Below are positions 1-9,070 of a stretch of 42,231 nt of DNA, piece by piece. Under the pieces are notes generated by a model. That model was given only the letters and a program-made list of their open reading frames with translations, had not been told where the DNA came from and did not search any database. The stretch is from Desulfobacterales bacterium. GTDB taxonomy: Bacteria > Desulfobacterota > Desulfobacteria > Desulfobacterales > UBA5852. The position numbers were made by a program, and so were the translations under genes. Positions within the stretch are counted from its first letter, which is position 1; the number at the start of each line of letters is the position of its first letter. The stretch covers positions 1-42,231 of the forward strand of contig JASFFM010000001.1 of NCBI GenBank assembly GCA_050124295.1. The letters are read 5' to 3'.

Positions 1-465
1 CCCTGCGGCCACACGATCGGCCATGTAGGCCCGCTGATAGGCATCCGCCAGGCTGTCGGCCTGGGCCACCCCGCAGGGGTTGTTGTGCTTGACGATGACC
101 GAAGTGGGCGTGTCCGGAAAATAGCGCAGGATGTTCAAGGCATTGTCCGCATCCGTGAGGTTGGTCTTGCCGGGATGCTTGCCGGACTGGAGCAGTTCGA
201 TATCCGAGGCCAGGTAACGACCCGGCTGAATGGTGCGGGTGCCGGCCAGGGCCAGGTTGCCGTTGACCAGCCGGTAAAGGGCGGCTTCCTGTCCGGGATT
301 TTCACCATAGCGCAGCCCTTTGGCCTCGCCGTCGATGGTCCAGGACACACGCTCGTAGAACAGGGTCTGACGTTGATCGTCCGCATCGACAAAAGCGATC
401 TCCATGCGTGGCGGGAAATGATCCTCGACGATGGTGCGATACATTTTTTTTAGATCCTCGGCCAT
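1..465 (-). CDS. purH: AICAR formyltransferase (PurH C-terminal-type domain) as a stand-alone gene. Only the N-terminal 155 codons are in the window; the gene runs off the left edge.
   Basis: Not in the ORF track because it has no stop in the window. My minus-strand translation from the ATG at 465 reads MAEDLKKMYRTIVEDHF...GLRYGENPGQEAALY...VIVKHNNPCGVAQ. It contains the GENPGQ and KHxNPCG hallmarks of the AICARFT domain. Confidence 0.85.
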   Translation of the reverse strand, partial: MAEDLKKMYRTIVEDHFPPRMEIAFVDADDQRQTLFYERVSWTIDGEAKGLRYGENPGQEAALYRLVNGNLALAGTRTIQPGRYLASDIELLQSGKHPGKTNLTDADNALNILRYFPDTPTSVIVKHNNPCGVAQADSLADAYQRAYMADRVAAG

Positions 466-620
466 TGGTGTCGTTCCTTTCAGCTAGGGTCAGGGTTGAA
501 AAGGGGTGTCACAAACACCGTGTCGGACGCGGGGCTGCCGATAGACACGGCGTTGCCCAAATTGACGGGTATCGGAAGACGGCTGGGCGTTTACAGCCCA
601 AATGCCGTCCGGGCGGTCAT

Positions 621-1307
621 TCAAAGGCCCTGAAACCGGTAGCATTCCGCGGTCTCGGAGCCCTTGCGCGCACCCAGAAAATCGGCAATCGCCCGGTCGT
701 AATCGGCGGTGTGGCCGAAGGCCTTCTGGGCCAGGGCAAAACGCATCGCCAGGGAGGTTTGGCCCTCGTTTGCTTTAAGTTCGCTGGCAAGGCGGCCATA
801 GTCGCCCGGATCCACCACCGAGGCCACGCGGATGAAATTCTTGGCCGCAGCGCGGATCATACAGGGCCCCCCGATGTCGATCTGCCCCCGGGCACCCTCG
901 ACCGTGACCCCGGCCTGGGCGATGGTCTGCTTGAAAGGGTAGAGATTGACCATCACCATGTCGATGGGTACTGCCGCCGTGCGTGTCAGATCCCCCTGAT
1001 GGGCGTCGTTGTAAGTCTCGGTGAGAAGCCCCAGGTAAATCTTGAAATCGAGGGTCTTGACCAATCCGCCCTGGGTTTCGGGTTGGCCGGTGTAATCCGA
1101 CACCTGGGTCAGATGCGCTTCGGCCCGGCTTCCCAGGATGGATTGGATCTTACCGTAGGTGCCCCCGGTGGAGAACATGCGCACGCCGGGGCATGTCGCC
1201 AGCAGCGCGGGGATAAATTCTTCCAGTCCGGTCTTGTCGGAAACGCTGATCAGCACATGGCGGACGGGGACATTGTCATCAATTCGTTCCACGGTGTTGA
1301 TGCTCAT
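621..1307 (-). CDS. purH: IMP cyclohydrolase (MGS-like PurH N-terminal-type domain) as a stand-alone gene
   Basis: MSINTVERIDDNVPVRHVLISVSDKTGLEEF...DMVMVNLYPF...IDIGGPCMIRAAAKNF matches the IMPCH/MGS domain. I trimmed the start to the ATG at 1307, which has GAAGG 5 nt upstream. The ORF-track extension to 1517 has no homology signal. Confidence 0.85.
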   Translation of the reverse strand: MSINTVERIDDNVPVRHVLISVSDKTGLEEFIPALLATCPGVRMFSTGGTYGKIQSILGSRAEAHLTQVSDYTGQPETQGGLVKTLDFKIYLGLLTETYNDAHQGDLTRTAAVPIDMVMVNLYPFKQTIAQAGVTVEGARGQIDIGGPCMIRAAAKNFIRVASVVDPGDYGRLASELKANEGQTSLAMRFALAQKAFGHTADYDRAIADFLGARKGSETAECYRFQGL

Positions 1308-1636
1308 GAGGCCTTCACTTTCGTTTCGAATGGTTGGAATGGGGCCGTCACCGGTAAGGCCATCGGCCCGCGGGATTTTAATGCGGGGAATGAGCGGCCG
1401 CCCTGCGTTCGGGGGATGCCCGGCAGGAGCGCCATATGCAGCCTGAGCGATCCGCCCGGCCGTGCGGTTTCCTAACACATTTCGCGATCCGAAGCAAAAG
1501 GTCTGATGCGTGCGCACCGCTTACATGCGCACCCGCCAGGTCGCGCAGGTGCCGATGCGCAGGGAAGATAACCCCTTCGCCGGGAAGATCGAAAATACCG
1601 CGCAGGGCAAAAGGTGGGCGATGACCGGCGCCATCC

Positions 1637-2314
1637 TCAGAGACGCCCCTCGACTTCTTTCAGAAACCGCTCGAAAAAACGAATCATAAAGCGATGACGT
1701 CCCTCCGCCACCCGTCGGCCGGCCTTGGTCAGCATCCGACGCCGGATATGGCGCAGTTTGACCTGGTATTCACGGTAGCCGGTGTCTTCACGGGAATAGG
1801 CCCGGGTGTTGCGCACGTCGTGATTGGGGTTATGCAGGCGGGCGCCCACCTCCCCGGCAAATTGATAGGTTCGGGCAATCCCCACGGCACCGATGGCATC
1901 CAGTTTGTCGGCGTCAAAGAGCACCTTGGCCTCAATGGTCTCGGGGTGGGGCTGGCGGCGAAAACGATGGGCGCGTACACAATGCACCACGTTCCTTTTC
2001 TGAGCCTGCGTCAAGGGCAGTTCCGCCACCAGCGCGGCGGACATCGCCGCCCCCCGTTCCGCATGGCAAACCGCACCGCGGCTGGCATCCTGATGACCGC
2101 GTCCGATGTCGTGCAGAAGGGCCGCCACCAGCAGCACCGCCAGGTCGGCCCCTTCCCGGGGTCCAAGGTCAGCGCACAATCGATAGACCCTCAGGGTGTG
2201 TTCCCAGTCATGGCTGCCCGGATCACCCGCCAGATGCTGCCGGGCCATTTGCCGGGCCTGGATCACGGCCGGTGGCTCTGTGCGTCTCGAATCTGACATC
2301 CCACATGCATCCAT
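1637..2314 (-). CDS. HD-domain metal-dependent phosphohydrolase
   Basis: HDWEHTLRV...LLHDIGR...D motif pattern (H..HD..D). 225-aa ORF divergent from mraZ. Confidence 0.75.
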   Translation of the reverse strand: MDACGMSDSRRTEPPAVIQARQMARQHLAGDPGSHDWEHTLRVYRLCADLGPREGADLAVLLVAALLHDIGRGHQDASRGAVCHAERGAAMSAALVAELPLTQAQKRNVVHCVRAHRFRRQPHPETIEAKVLFDADKLDAIGAVGIARTYQFAGEVGARLHNPNHDVRNTRAYSREDTGYREYQVKLRHIRRRMLTKAGRRVAEGRHRFMIRFFERFLKEVEGRL

Positions 2315-2525
2315 GGTCGCTGTGGCAACCTTAATTTGTGCCGCGCCAAAAACAGCCCATCAGGCTGTTGTCGCCAGGTGCCGACGCGCCGGCGGCCCTC
2401 GACGGATTGGTAACCGGTTTGGGGCCAGGAAGTCAAGCCGCCAGAGGATTGACCCAGGATGGGGGAAAGCCGACGTCTAAAAGCATTTAAACTTTTTTAA
2501 CCACTATCCTCCACCATTTTAAAAT

Positions 2526-2554
2526 TTGACAAAATAGACAATTAACTTTATCAA
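2526..2554 (+). promoter_or_regulatory. Candidate sigma70-type promoter of the dcw cluster (TTGACA-17 nt-TATCAA)
   Basis: Perfect -35 TTGACA at 2526-2531, 17-nt spacer, TATCAA at 2549-2554. It sits in a conspicuously AT-rich island (about 2470-2640) in an otherwise GC-rich window. A second weaker candidate is TTGACT at 2594-2599. Confidence 0.55.
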
Positions 2555-2632
2555 ATTATTATAAAAATAATCTTAGACCATGACTAATTTTCCTTGACTT
2601 TCTATTCATTTCATTCCATATGTTGCATAAAT

Positions 2633-2648
2633 GTGGAGTAAAGTGGGG
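2633..2648 (+). promoter_or_regulatory. Putative MraZ operator: direct repeats TGGAG / TGGGG with a 10-bp period
   Basis: GTGGAGtaaaGTGGGG lies 15-30 nt upstream of the mraZ ATG. This matches the TGGGN-N5-TGGGN repeat architecture known for MraZ autoregulation in E. coli. A third upstream unit (TGCAT at 2624) is degenerate. Confidence 0.4.
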
Positions 2649-2662
2649 CACAGGACCAGATC

Positions 2663-3109
2663 ATGTTTCGCGGCACGTCTTTCCATACCATGGATAACAA
2701 GGGGCGGATTATCATCCCCTCACGCTTCCGGGATCTCATACGGGCCGGGGGCGGTGACCGGGTCATGGTCTCCAGCATGGACGGCTGCTTGGTGGCTTAT
2801 CCCCTGGATGCCTGGCGGGACCTCGAAACCGGCCTGCTGGCGCGGGCCGAAAAAAGCCATTACATGCGGCGATTCCGCCGGATATTTGTCGGGGGTGCCC
2901 ATGAATGCGCCTGTGACAAGCAGGAGCGCATCCTCATCCCTCCCATGCTGCGAGAAGATGCCGACATAACCAAGGAGATCGTTTTGGTGGGCGTACTGGA
3001 CCATTTCGAAATCTGGTCGCGTGGCATGTGGGATTCCGAAAAACAGGCCCTGAATAAGGATATGCAAAAGGAGGAGGTCAGAAACGAAATCGCCAGCCTA
3101 GGACTTTGA
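2663..3109 (+). CDS. mraZ: Transcriptional regulator MraZ
   Basis: MFRGTSFHTMDNKGRIIIPSRFR plus a second DxxxR-type repeat (CDKQERILIP). First gene of the dcw cluster. Confidence 0.95.
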   Translation: MFRGTSFHTMDNKGRIIIPSRFRDLIRAGGGDRVMVSSMDGCLVAYPLDAWRDLETGLLARAEKSHYMRRFRRIFVGGAHECACDKQERILIPPMLREDADITKEIVLVGVLDHFEIWSRGMWDSEKQALNKDMQKEEVRNEIASLGL

Positions 3110-3113
3110 TGCG

Positions 3114-4052
3114 ATGGCCGATTACCACATCTCCTGTATGCCGTCCGAGGTCATGCACTATCTCAACCCCCGGCCCGGTGGCATCTACCTGGACGGAACC
3201 GTCGGCGGCGCAGGACATTCCCGGTTGATCTGCAACCGTATCCAACCCGACGGCCATCTGATTGGCATCGATCAGGATTTGGACGCCATCCAACATGCCC
3301 GCGAAGTTCTGGCCCCCTTCTTTCCCCGGTTTTCCCTGCATCAGGACACGTTCAGCCACATGGACCGGATCATCCGCGACCTGGACTTCGACGGCGTGGA
3401 CGGCATCCTTCTGGATCTGGGACTCTCTTGGCACCAGTTGCAAGGCAGCGGACGCGGCTTCAGCTTCAAGCGTGAAGAGCCGCTGGATATGCGCATGGAT
3501 GCCAGGGCCGGCTTGACGGCCGCCGATATCGTCAACGGCTGGGATGTGGCCGATCTCATGCGGATATTCAAAGAATACGGGGAAGAGCGCCGGGCGCGCC
3601 CCATCGCCAGAGCCATCGTGCGGGCCCGCACCCGGCAGCCGTTGAAAAGCAGCAAGGCGCTGGCGGATCTGATCTATCGCGCCATGCCCCCGACGGCGGC
3701 CCGCAGCCAGAGGATCCATCCGGCCACCCGGGTGTTCCAGGCCTTGCGGATCGCCGTAAACCAGGAGTTGGATCGTTTGGAGCAGGCACTGCCCATGGCC
3801 GTGGATTGCCTCAACCGGGGCGGCCGACTGTGCGTACTGGCGTTCCATTCGCTGGAAGATCGGATCGTCAAACGGGCCTTTCGGGAAATGGCCCGGACCT
3901 GCACCTGCCCGCCGCGTGCACCGGTGTGCACCTGCAAGGGTAAAGCCCGGGTTTCCCTGCTAACCCGCAAAGTGGTCCGCCCGACAGTGGAAGAAATCAC
4001 CGCCAACCCGATGGCCCGCAGCACACGCCTGCGGGCGGTGGAAAAGCGATAG
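3114..4052 (+). CDS. rsmH: 16S rRNA (cytosine1402-N4)-methyltransferase RsmH/MraW
   Basis: DGTVGGAGHS SAM-binding motif, LAFHSLEDRIVK, NPMARSTRLR. Synteny after mraZ. Confidence 0.95.
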   Translation: MADYHISCMPSEVMHYLNPRPGGIYLDGTVGGAGHSRLICNRIQPDGHLIGIDQDLDAIQHAREVLAPFFPRFSLHQDTFSHMDRIIRDLDFDGVDGILLDLGLSWHQLQGSGRGFSFKREEPLDMRMDARAGLTAADIVNGWDVADLMRIFKEYGEERRARPIARAIVRARTRQPLKSSKALADLIYRAMPPTAARSQRIHPATRVFQALRIAVNQELDRLEQALPMAVDCLNRGGRLCVLAFHSLEDRIVKRAFREMARTCTCPPRAPVCTCKGKARVSLLTRKVVRPTVEEITANPMARSTRLRAVEKR

Positions 4053-4062
4053 GCTGGCGCCC

Positions 4063-4353
4063 ATGGCCCCCAAAAAGGCACCCAACCTCAGTCAAGGCAT
4101 GAAGACCATCTGGTTGGTGATCATGCTGGTCTTCATCATGGAACTGTTTGCCTACACCTGGTGTCGTGTTCAATGCGTGCGTATCGGATATGAAATCGCC
4201 ACCCAAAGAAGAAATTACGACCAGCAGCGTACGATCCGCAAAAACCTGGCCATTGAACTGGCCCGTTTGAAAGCGCCCAAACGAATCGAAGCCTTGGGGC
4301 GGCAGTTGGGGCTGGCCCCTCCAACCACCCGCCAGATCGTTGTGATGGAATGA
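4063..4353 (+). CDS. ftsL: Cell division protein FtsL (small bitopic membrane protein)
   Basis: 96 aa with one TM helix (IWLVIMLVFIMELFAYTW) followed by a coiled-coil-like region. Canonical position between rsmH and ftsI. ATGA overlap with ftsI. Confidence 0.75.
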   Translation: MAPKKAPNLSQGMKTIWLVIMLVFIMELFAYTWCRVQCVRIGYEIATQRRNYDQQRTIRKNLAIELARLKAPKRIEALGRQLGLAPPTTRQIVVME

Positions 4354-6089
4354 AGACCCTCTCCAAACAAAAATCACTGCGCACCCGCATGGCCCTGATC
4401 GGTGTCGTGTTTTTCCTGGGCTTCGGGACCATCATCGGACGTGCGGTCTATCTGCAGGCCTTCGCCGGGCCTTCCCTGGCCGAAAGGGCCTCCGGCCAGT
4501 ACGAGCGAACCATCCAGACCAACGGCAAACGCGGCAGTATCTACGATACCCGCATGCGCGAGGTGGCTGTCAGCATCGAATCGCTCTCACTGGCCGCCTA
4601 CCCCGGCAAAATCCACAATCCCCGCCAAACCGCCCGGGCCATCGCGGGCATCATCAAAACCAAAGCCTCGTCCATCGCCCGCAAGCTGGCCTCCAAGCGG
4701 TCCTTCGTCTGGATCAAACGTCCGATCACACCCAAGGAAGCCCGTGCCCTCAAAGCGCTGCAGGTGGAAGGTTTGGAGTTTCTGCCCGAGCACAGCCGAT
4801 ACTATCCCAACCGCACCCTGGCAGCCCAGGTGGTGGGGTTCACGGGCATCGACGGCAACGGTCTGGAAGGTATCGAATATCAGTTCGACGCCGAATTGAC
4901 CGGAAGAAAACGGATCGCCACCGTCTTGAAAGATGCTTTCGGTCGCGGCTTCGAAGGCCAGGAGGATATGACCGCCAGCACGAGCGGCAACAATGTCGTT
5001 CTGGCCATCGACGGCACCATTCAGCACCTGGCGGAAAAAGCGCTCCAGCAGGCGGTCAAGACCCACAAGGCCAAATCCGGCATCGCCGTGGTGATGGCCC
5101 CCCGCACGGGCGATGTCCTCGCGCTGGCCCACGTGCCCTTGTTCAACCCCAACGCTTTTGCCGATTTCAGCCGCGCCGTCAGACGCAATCGCGCCGTCAC
5201 CGATGCTTTCGAGCCGGGCTCGACCATGAAACTATTCAGTGCCGCAGCCGCCCTGGAGTCCGGTTGTTGCACACCCCATACGATTTTCTTCTGTGAAAAC
5301 GGCAACTATCGCATCGGCCGCAACACCGTGCACGACACGAAAAAACACGGCTGGCTGTCCATCCAGCGCATCGTAAAATATTCCAGCAATATCGGCGCCG
5401 TTAAAATCGGGGAAACCATCGGGGGGCCTACCCTGCATGATGCCCTGCAGCAGTTCGGTTTCGGGCGCCCCACCGGTATCGAATGTCCCGGTGAATCCAA
5501 GGGCAGTCTGGGCGCCAATAAGAAATGGACCGCCTTCGACGTGGCCGCCATCTCATTCGGTCATGGGGTTTCGGTATCGGCCATCCAGTTGACCACCGCC
5601 GTGTCGGCCCTTGCCAACCAGGGTGTCCTGATGAAACCCCGGGTGGTTTTGAAGGTGACCGATGCCCGGGGAAGAACCATCCGCCAATTCGACCCCCAGA
5701 CCGTGGGCCGAGCGGTTTCGCCCCCAACCGCCGCCGCGGTGACCCGCATGATGGAAATGGTCCTGACCGAAGGCGGCACGGGCGTCAAGGCCGCCTTGAA
5801 CGGATATTCGGCCTGCGGCAAGACAGGCACGGCACAGAAGATCGGCGCGGACGGCAAGTACGCGAAAGATCGTTATGTGGCCTCCTTCGCCGGTTTTGCC
5901 CCTGTGGAGGACCCCCGCCTGGCGATCCTGGTCCTGATAGACGAGCCCCGGGGCGACTATTACGGCGGCACCGTAGCCGCCCCCGTGTTCCGCGAGATCG
6001 CCCAGTCGGCCCTGGGTTATCTCAACGTGCGGCCCAGTGAACGAGCGCCCAAAATGACCGTTTCGGAAAAAACAAAGGAAACCGGATGA
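4350..6089 (+). CDS. ftsI: Peptidoglycan D,D-transpeptidase FtsI (PBP3)
   Basis: N-terminal TM helix and the class B PBP motifs STMK (SxxK), SSN and KTGT. dcw synteny. Confidence 0.93.
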   Translation: MKTLSKQKSLRTRMALIGVVFFLGFGTIIGRAVYLQAFAGPSLAERASGQYERTIQTNGKRGSIYDTRMREVAVSIESLSLAAYPGKIHNPRQTARAIAGIIKTKASSIARKLASKRSFVWIKRPITPKEARALKALQVEGLEFLPEHSRYYPNRTLAAQVVGFTGIDGNGLEGIEYQFDAELTGRKRIATVLKDAFGRGFEGQEDMTASTSGNNVVLAIDGTIQHLAEKALQQAVKTHKAKSGIAVVMAPRTGDVLALAHVPLFNPNAFADFSRAVRRNRAVTDAFEPGSTMKLFSAAAALESGCCTPHTIFFCENGNYRIGRNTVHDTKKHGWLSIQRIVKYSSNIGAVKIGETIGGPTLHDALQQFGFGRPTGIECPGESKGSLGANKKWTAFDVAAISFGHGVSVSAIQLTTAVSALANQGVLMKPRVVLKVTDARGRTIRQFDPQTVGRAVSPPTAAAVTRMMEMVLTEGGTGVKAALNGYSACGKTGTAQKIGADGKYAKDRYVASFAGFAPVEDPRLAILVLIDEPRGDYYGGTVAAPVFREIAQSALGYLNVRPSERAPKMTVSEKTKETG

Positions 6090-7636
6090 ATTTTGCCCGC
6101 CTCATAGAGAGCGTCCATCCGGCCGCCATTCTTGGATCGGTAAACCCGGAGACGGTCGTTGCATCCCTCCACTACCAGTCGCGTGACGTTGGCCCGGGCG
6201 GCGTGTTCTTTGCCATTCCGGGATTTGCCGTGGACGGGCATGACTTCATCCAGGATGCCTGTCAGCGGGGGGCGGCCGCCGTAGTGGCCCAGAAACCCGT
6301 TACCCCGGGCGTTCCGGTCTTGCAGGTGGCCGATTCACGGACCGCCCTGGCCCAGGCCGCCGCTGCATACTACGATTATCCCTCGCGCGAACTCACCCTT
6401 ATCGGTCTGACGGGCACCAACGGGAAAACCACCGTATCCTATCTGATTGAAAACATGCTGACCCAGGCGGGGTTGTCCACCGGCGTCATCGGCAGCGTGA
6501 ATTATCGTTTCGGCCATCGCGAGGTCCCCGCCTTGCGAACGACACCGGAATCGCTGGATCTCCAGCGCATTCTGGCCGACATGCGCGGACATGGCGTAAC
6601 CCACGTGGTGATGGAGGTGGCCTCCCACGGACTCGATCTGCACCGGGTGGACGCTTGCTGGTTCGACGTGGCGGCATTCACCAATCTGTCCCAGGATCAT
6701 CTCGACTTTCACGGCGATATGGAACGCTACTGGGCCAGCAAAAAAGCCCTCTTTACACGCCTGCTGCCCCTGGGCCCCAAAGGCGACCGTGCCCTGGCGG
6801 TCATCAATCGGGATGATGAGCGGGGGCAGGGCCTGAGTGAGGCGATGACCGGCGAGCGCCCGACGATTACCTTTGGCCGGTCACCCGAAAACACGATCTG
6901 GCCCGAGGTCCAACGCAACGATCTGACCGGTATTGAGGCTCTTTTGCACTCACCGCGGGGAACGCTGAAGGTACGCTCGGCCATGGTCGGAGAGCACAAT
7001 CTCGAAAATATTCTGACCGCCGTGGGCTGCGCCATCGCCATCGATCTACCCATAGCGGCCATCGAAGCCGGCGTCGCCGCCACCACGGCCGTACCCGGGC
7101 GTTTGGAGCCCGTGGCCGATCCCGGGGGGCGTTTTATCTACGTGGACTATGCCCACACCCCCGATGCGCTCGAAAATGTCCTGCGGGCCCTGGATGCCAT
7201 TTGTCAGCGCCGCCTGATCTGTGTTTTCGGCTGCGGCGGCGATCGCGATCGCAGCAAACGGCCACTGATGGGCGAAATCGCCGGTCGCATGAGCGATCTG
7301 GCAGTGGTGACTTCGGACAATCCCCGCACCGAAGACCCCCTGGCCATTATCGAAGATGCCCTGGAAGGCGTGCGCCGCACCGCACCGCTGGCCTACACCG
7401 TGGAAGGTTTGCACCACGGGCTCGATCGGCCGGGACACATCGTGATGCCGGACCGCCAGGGCGCCATCGATCTGGCCATCCGCGTGGCACAACCCGGTGA
7501 CACGGTCCTGATCGCCGGCAAAGGCCACGAAACATATCAAATCATCGGCCGCACCACGATTCCCTTTGACGACCGGGAAGCCGCCCGAAAAGCCCTGGCA
7601 TCCGGTCGTGAGCGGCCCACCAAGGAGACGGCATGA
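6086..7636 (+). CDS. murE: UDP-N-acetylmuramoyl-L-alanyl-D-glutamate--2,6-diaminopimelate ligase
   Basis: GLTGTNGKTT P-loop and a DNPR motif (SDNPRTEDP) typical of meso-DAP-adding MurE. ATGA overlaps on both sides. Confidence 0.95.
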   Translation: MNFARLIESVHPAAILGSVNPETVVASLHYQSRDVGPGGVFFAIPGFAVDGHDFIQDACQRGAAAVVAQKPVTPGVPVLQVADSRTALAQAAAAYYDYPSRELTLIGLTGTNGKTTVSYLIENMLTQAGLSTGVIGSVNYRFGHREVPALRTTPESLDLQRILADMRGHGVTHVVMEVASHGLDLHRVDACWFDVAAFTNLSQDHLDFHGDMERYWASKKALFTRLLPLGPKGDRALAVINRDDERGQGLSEAMTGERPTITFGRSPENTIWPEVQRNDLTGIEALLHSPRGTLKVRSAMVGEHNLENILTAVGCAIAIDLPIAAIEAGVAATTAVPGRLEPVADPGGRFIYVDYAHTPDALENVLRALDAICQRRLICVFGCGGDRDRSKRPLMGEIAGRMSDLAVVTSDNPRTEDPLAIIEDALEGVRRTAPLAYTVEGLHHGLDRPGHIVMPDRQGAIDLAIRVAQPGDTVLIAGKGHETYQIIGRTTIPFDDREAARKALASGRERPTKETA

Positions 7637-9054
7637 TGGATTGGACCACCAGGGATATGCTCACGGCCACCGGCGGCCGCCTGCTTTGCGGCGCCCTGGA
7701 AACCACCTTTTCCGGTATCGGCATCGACTCCCGCCAACTGGACCTTGATGCGTTCTTCATCGCCATCGAAGGGGACATTCACGACGGCCACAAATTTGCC
7801 CCCGATGTCGTGGCCCGGGGTGGGCGCGGTGTTCTGGTGCGTGAGGGGCGGGTGGCCAAAACCGCCTTGGCGACCTGGAAAAAAGGTGGGGTTGTCTGCA
7901 TCGCCGTGCCGGACACCACCCGGGCTCTGGGGGATCTTGCGGCCTATCACCGACGCCGTATGCCGGCGCGTATCGCGGCCCTTACCGGCTCCAACGGCAA
8001 GACCACGACGCGCGCCATGACAGCAGCCATTTTTAACCGCAAGGCCGCCACCTTGGCCACCCGCGGCAACCTCAACAACGAAATCGGTCTGCCCTTGACG
8101 CTGCTCCAACTCAAGGCGGAACACGCGCTGGCCGTGGTGGAAATGGGCATGAATCACCCCGGTGAAATCGATCGCATGGGCCGCATGGCCGTTCCCGACA
8201 TCGGCATGATCATCAATGTGGCCCCGGCCCACCTGGAAGGATTGCAGACCATCGAAGGCGTCCGTCGCGCCAAGGGAGAGCTGCTCAATCACATCCAGCC
8301 GGATGGGCGGGCCATCATCAACGCCGACGATGAACAATGCCGGCAACTGATCGCCACCTGTCCGGTGGAGACCGTGCTTTTCGGGTTCGGCCCGGAGGCC
8401 CGGGTCAGGGGGCGTGAACTGGTTTCGGGTCGGCGCGGCTGGACATTCGTTCTTCAGCTCCCCTCCGGCGATATCCCGGTCAAACTGCAGGTGCCGGGTA
8501 AATTTATGGTGGCCAATGCCCTGGCCGCGGCCGCCGCCGCCGACTGCTGCGAAATTGCCCTGGAAGACATCAAGGCCGGGCTGGAATCGGTGGAAGCCGT
8601 GGACGGACGTATGCAGGTGGTTTCCCTGCCGTGGGGGATTACCCTGATCAACGACTGTTATAACGCAAACCCCGCCTCCACCGCCGCAGCGATCGAAACC
8701 ATGACCCGCATGAAAGGTGCTTCGCGCGGGGCGCTGGTTTTGGGCGACATGCTCGAGCTGGGGCCCGATGCCGAAGCGTGGCACCGTGAAACCGGGCGCA
8801 AGGCCGGCCAGGCCGGCTTGGATCGGCTGTTCATCCACGGCACCTTCGCACAGGCCGTTGAAGAAGGCGCCGCGGAAGTCGGTATGGATGCGGATCGCAT
8901 CCTGGTTGGCGATATTGGCGAAATCAGTATCGCCCTGACACAATGGCTGGCCCCGGGTGACTGGGTGCTCGTCAAGGGCTCCCGGGGCATGCGTATGGAA
9001 CGCGTGATCACAGCCCTGCAGGAGTGGGCGGGCGGATCGAAAGCAAGCGCCTAA
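7633..9054 (+). CDS. murF: UDP-N-acetylmuramoyl-tripeptide--D-alanyl-D-alanine ligase
   Basis: [11 protein letters not shown]-loop, DCYNANP, Mur ligase C-terminal domain. Synteny. Confidence 0.95.
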   Translation: MMDWTTRDMLTATGGRLLCGALETTFSGIGIDSRQLDLDAFFIAIEGDIHDGHKFAPDVVARGGRGVLVREGRVAKTALATWKKGGVVCIAVPDTTRALGDLAAYHRRRMPARIAALTGSNGKTTTRAMTAAIFNRKAATLATRGNLNNEIGLPLTLLQLKAEHALAVVEMGMNHPGEIDRMGRMAVPDIGMIINVAPAHLEGLQTIEGVRRAKGELLNHIQPDGRAIINADDEQCRQLIATCPVETVLFGFGPEARVRGRELVSGRRGWTFVLQLPSGDIPVKLQVPGKFMVANALAAAAAADCCEIALEDIKAGLESVEAVDGRMQVVSLPWGITLINDCYNANPASTAAAIETMTRMKGASRGALVLGDMLELGPDAEAWHRETGRKAGQAGLDRLFIHGTFAQAVEEGAAEVGMDADRILVGDIGEISIALTQWLAPGDWVLVKGSRGMRMERVITALQEWAGGSKASA

Positions 9055-9070
9055 GGATGATAATCGACCC

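Noticed and set aside
85-453. 122-aa plus-strand ORF, and the 85-aa minus-strand ORF at 135-392, at the left edge
   Set aside because: The third minus-strand frame, which is open to the window edge and starts at the ATG at 465, encodes clear AICARFT motifs (GENPGQ, KHNNPCG). The listed ORFs are overlapping artefacts.
466-620. Possible ZTP (pfl) riboswitch or terminator between the two purH halves
   Set aside because: I read the minus strand for the conserved GACUGGCG and CCGCCUGGGC cores and found neither. The hairpin at 578-609 (GACGGC/TGGGC nested stem) has no U tract. It may still be structural, but I cannot assign a class.
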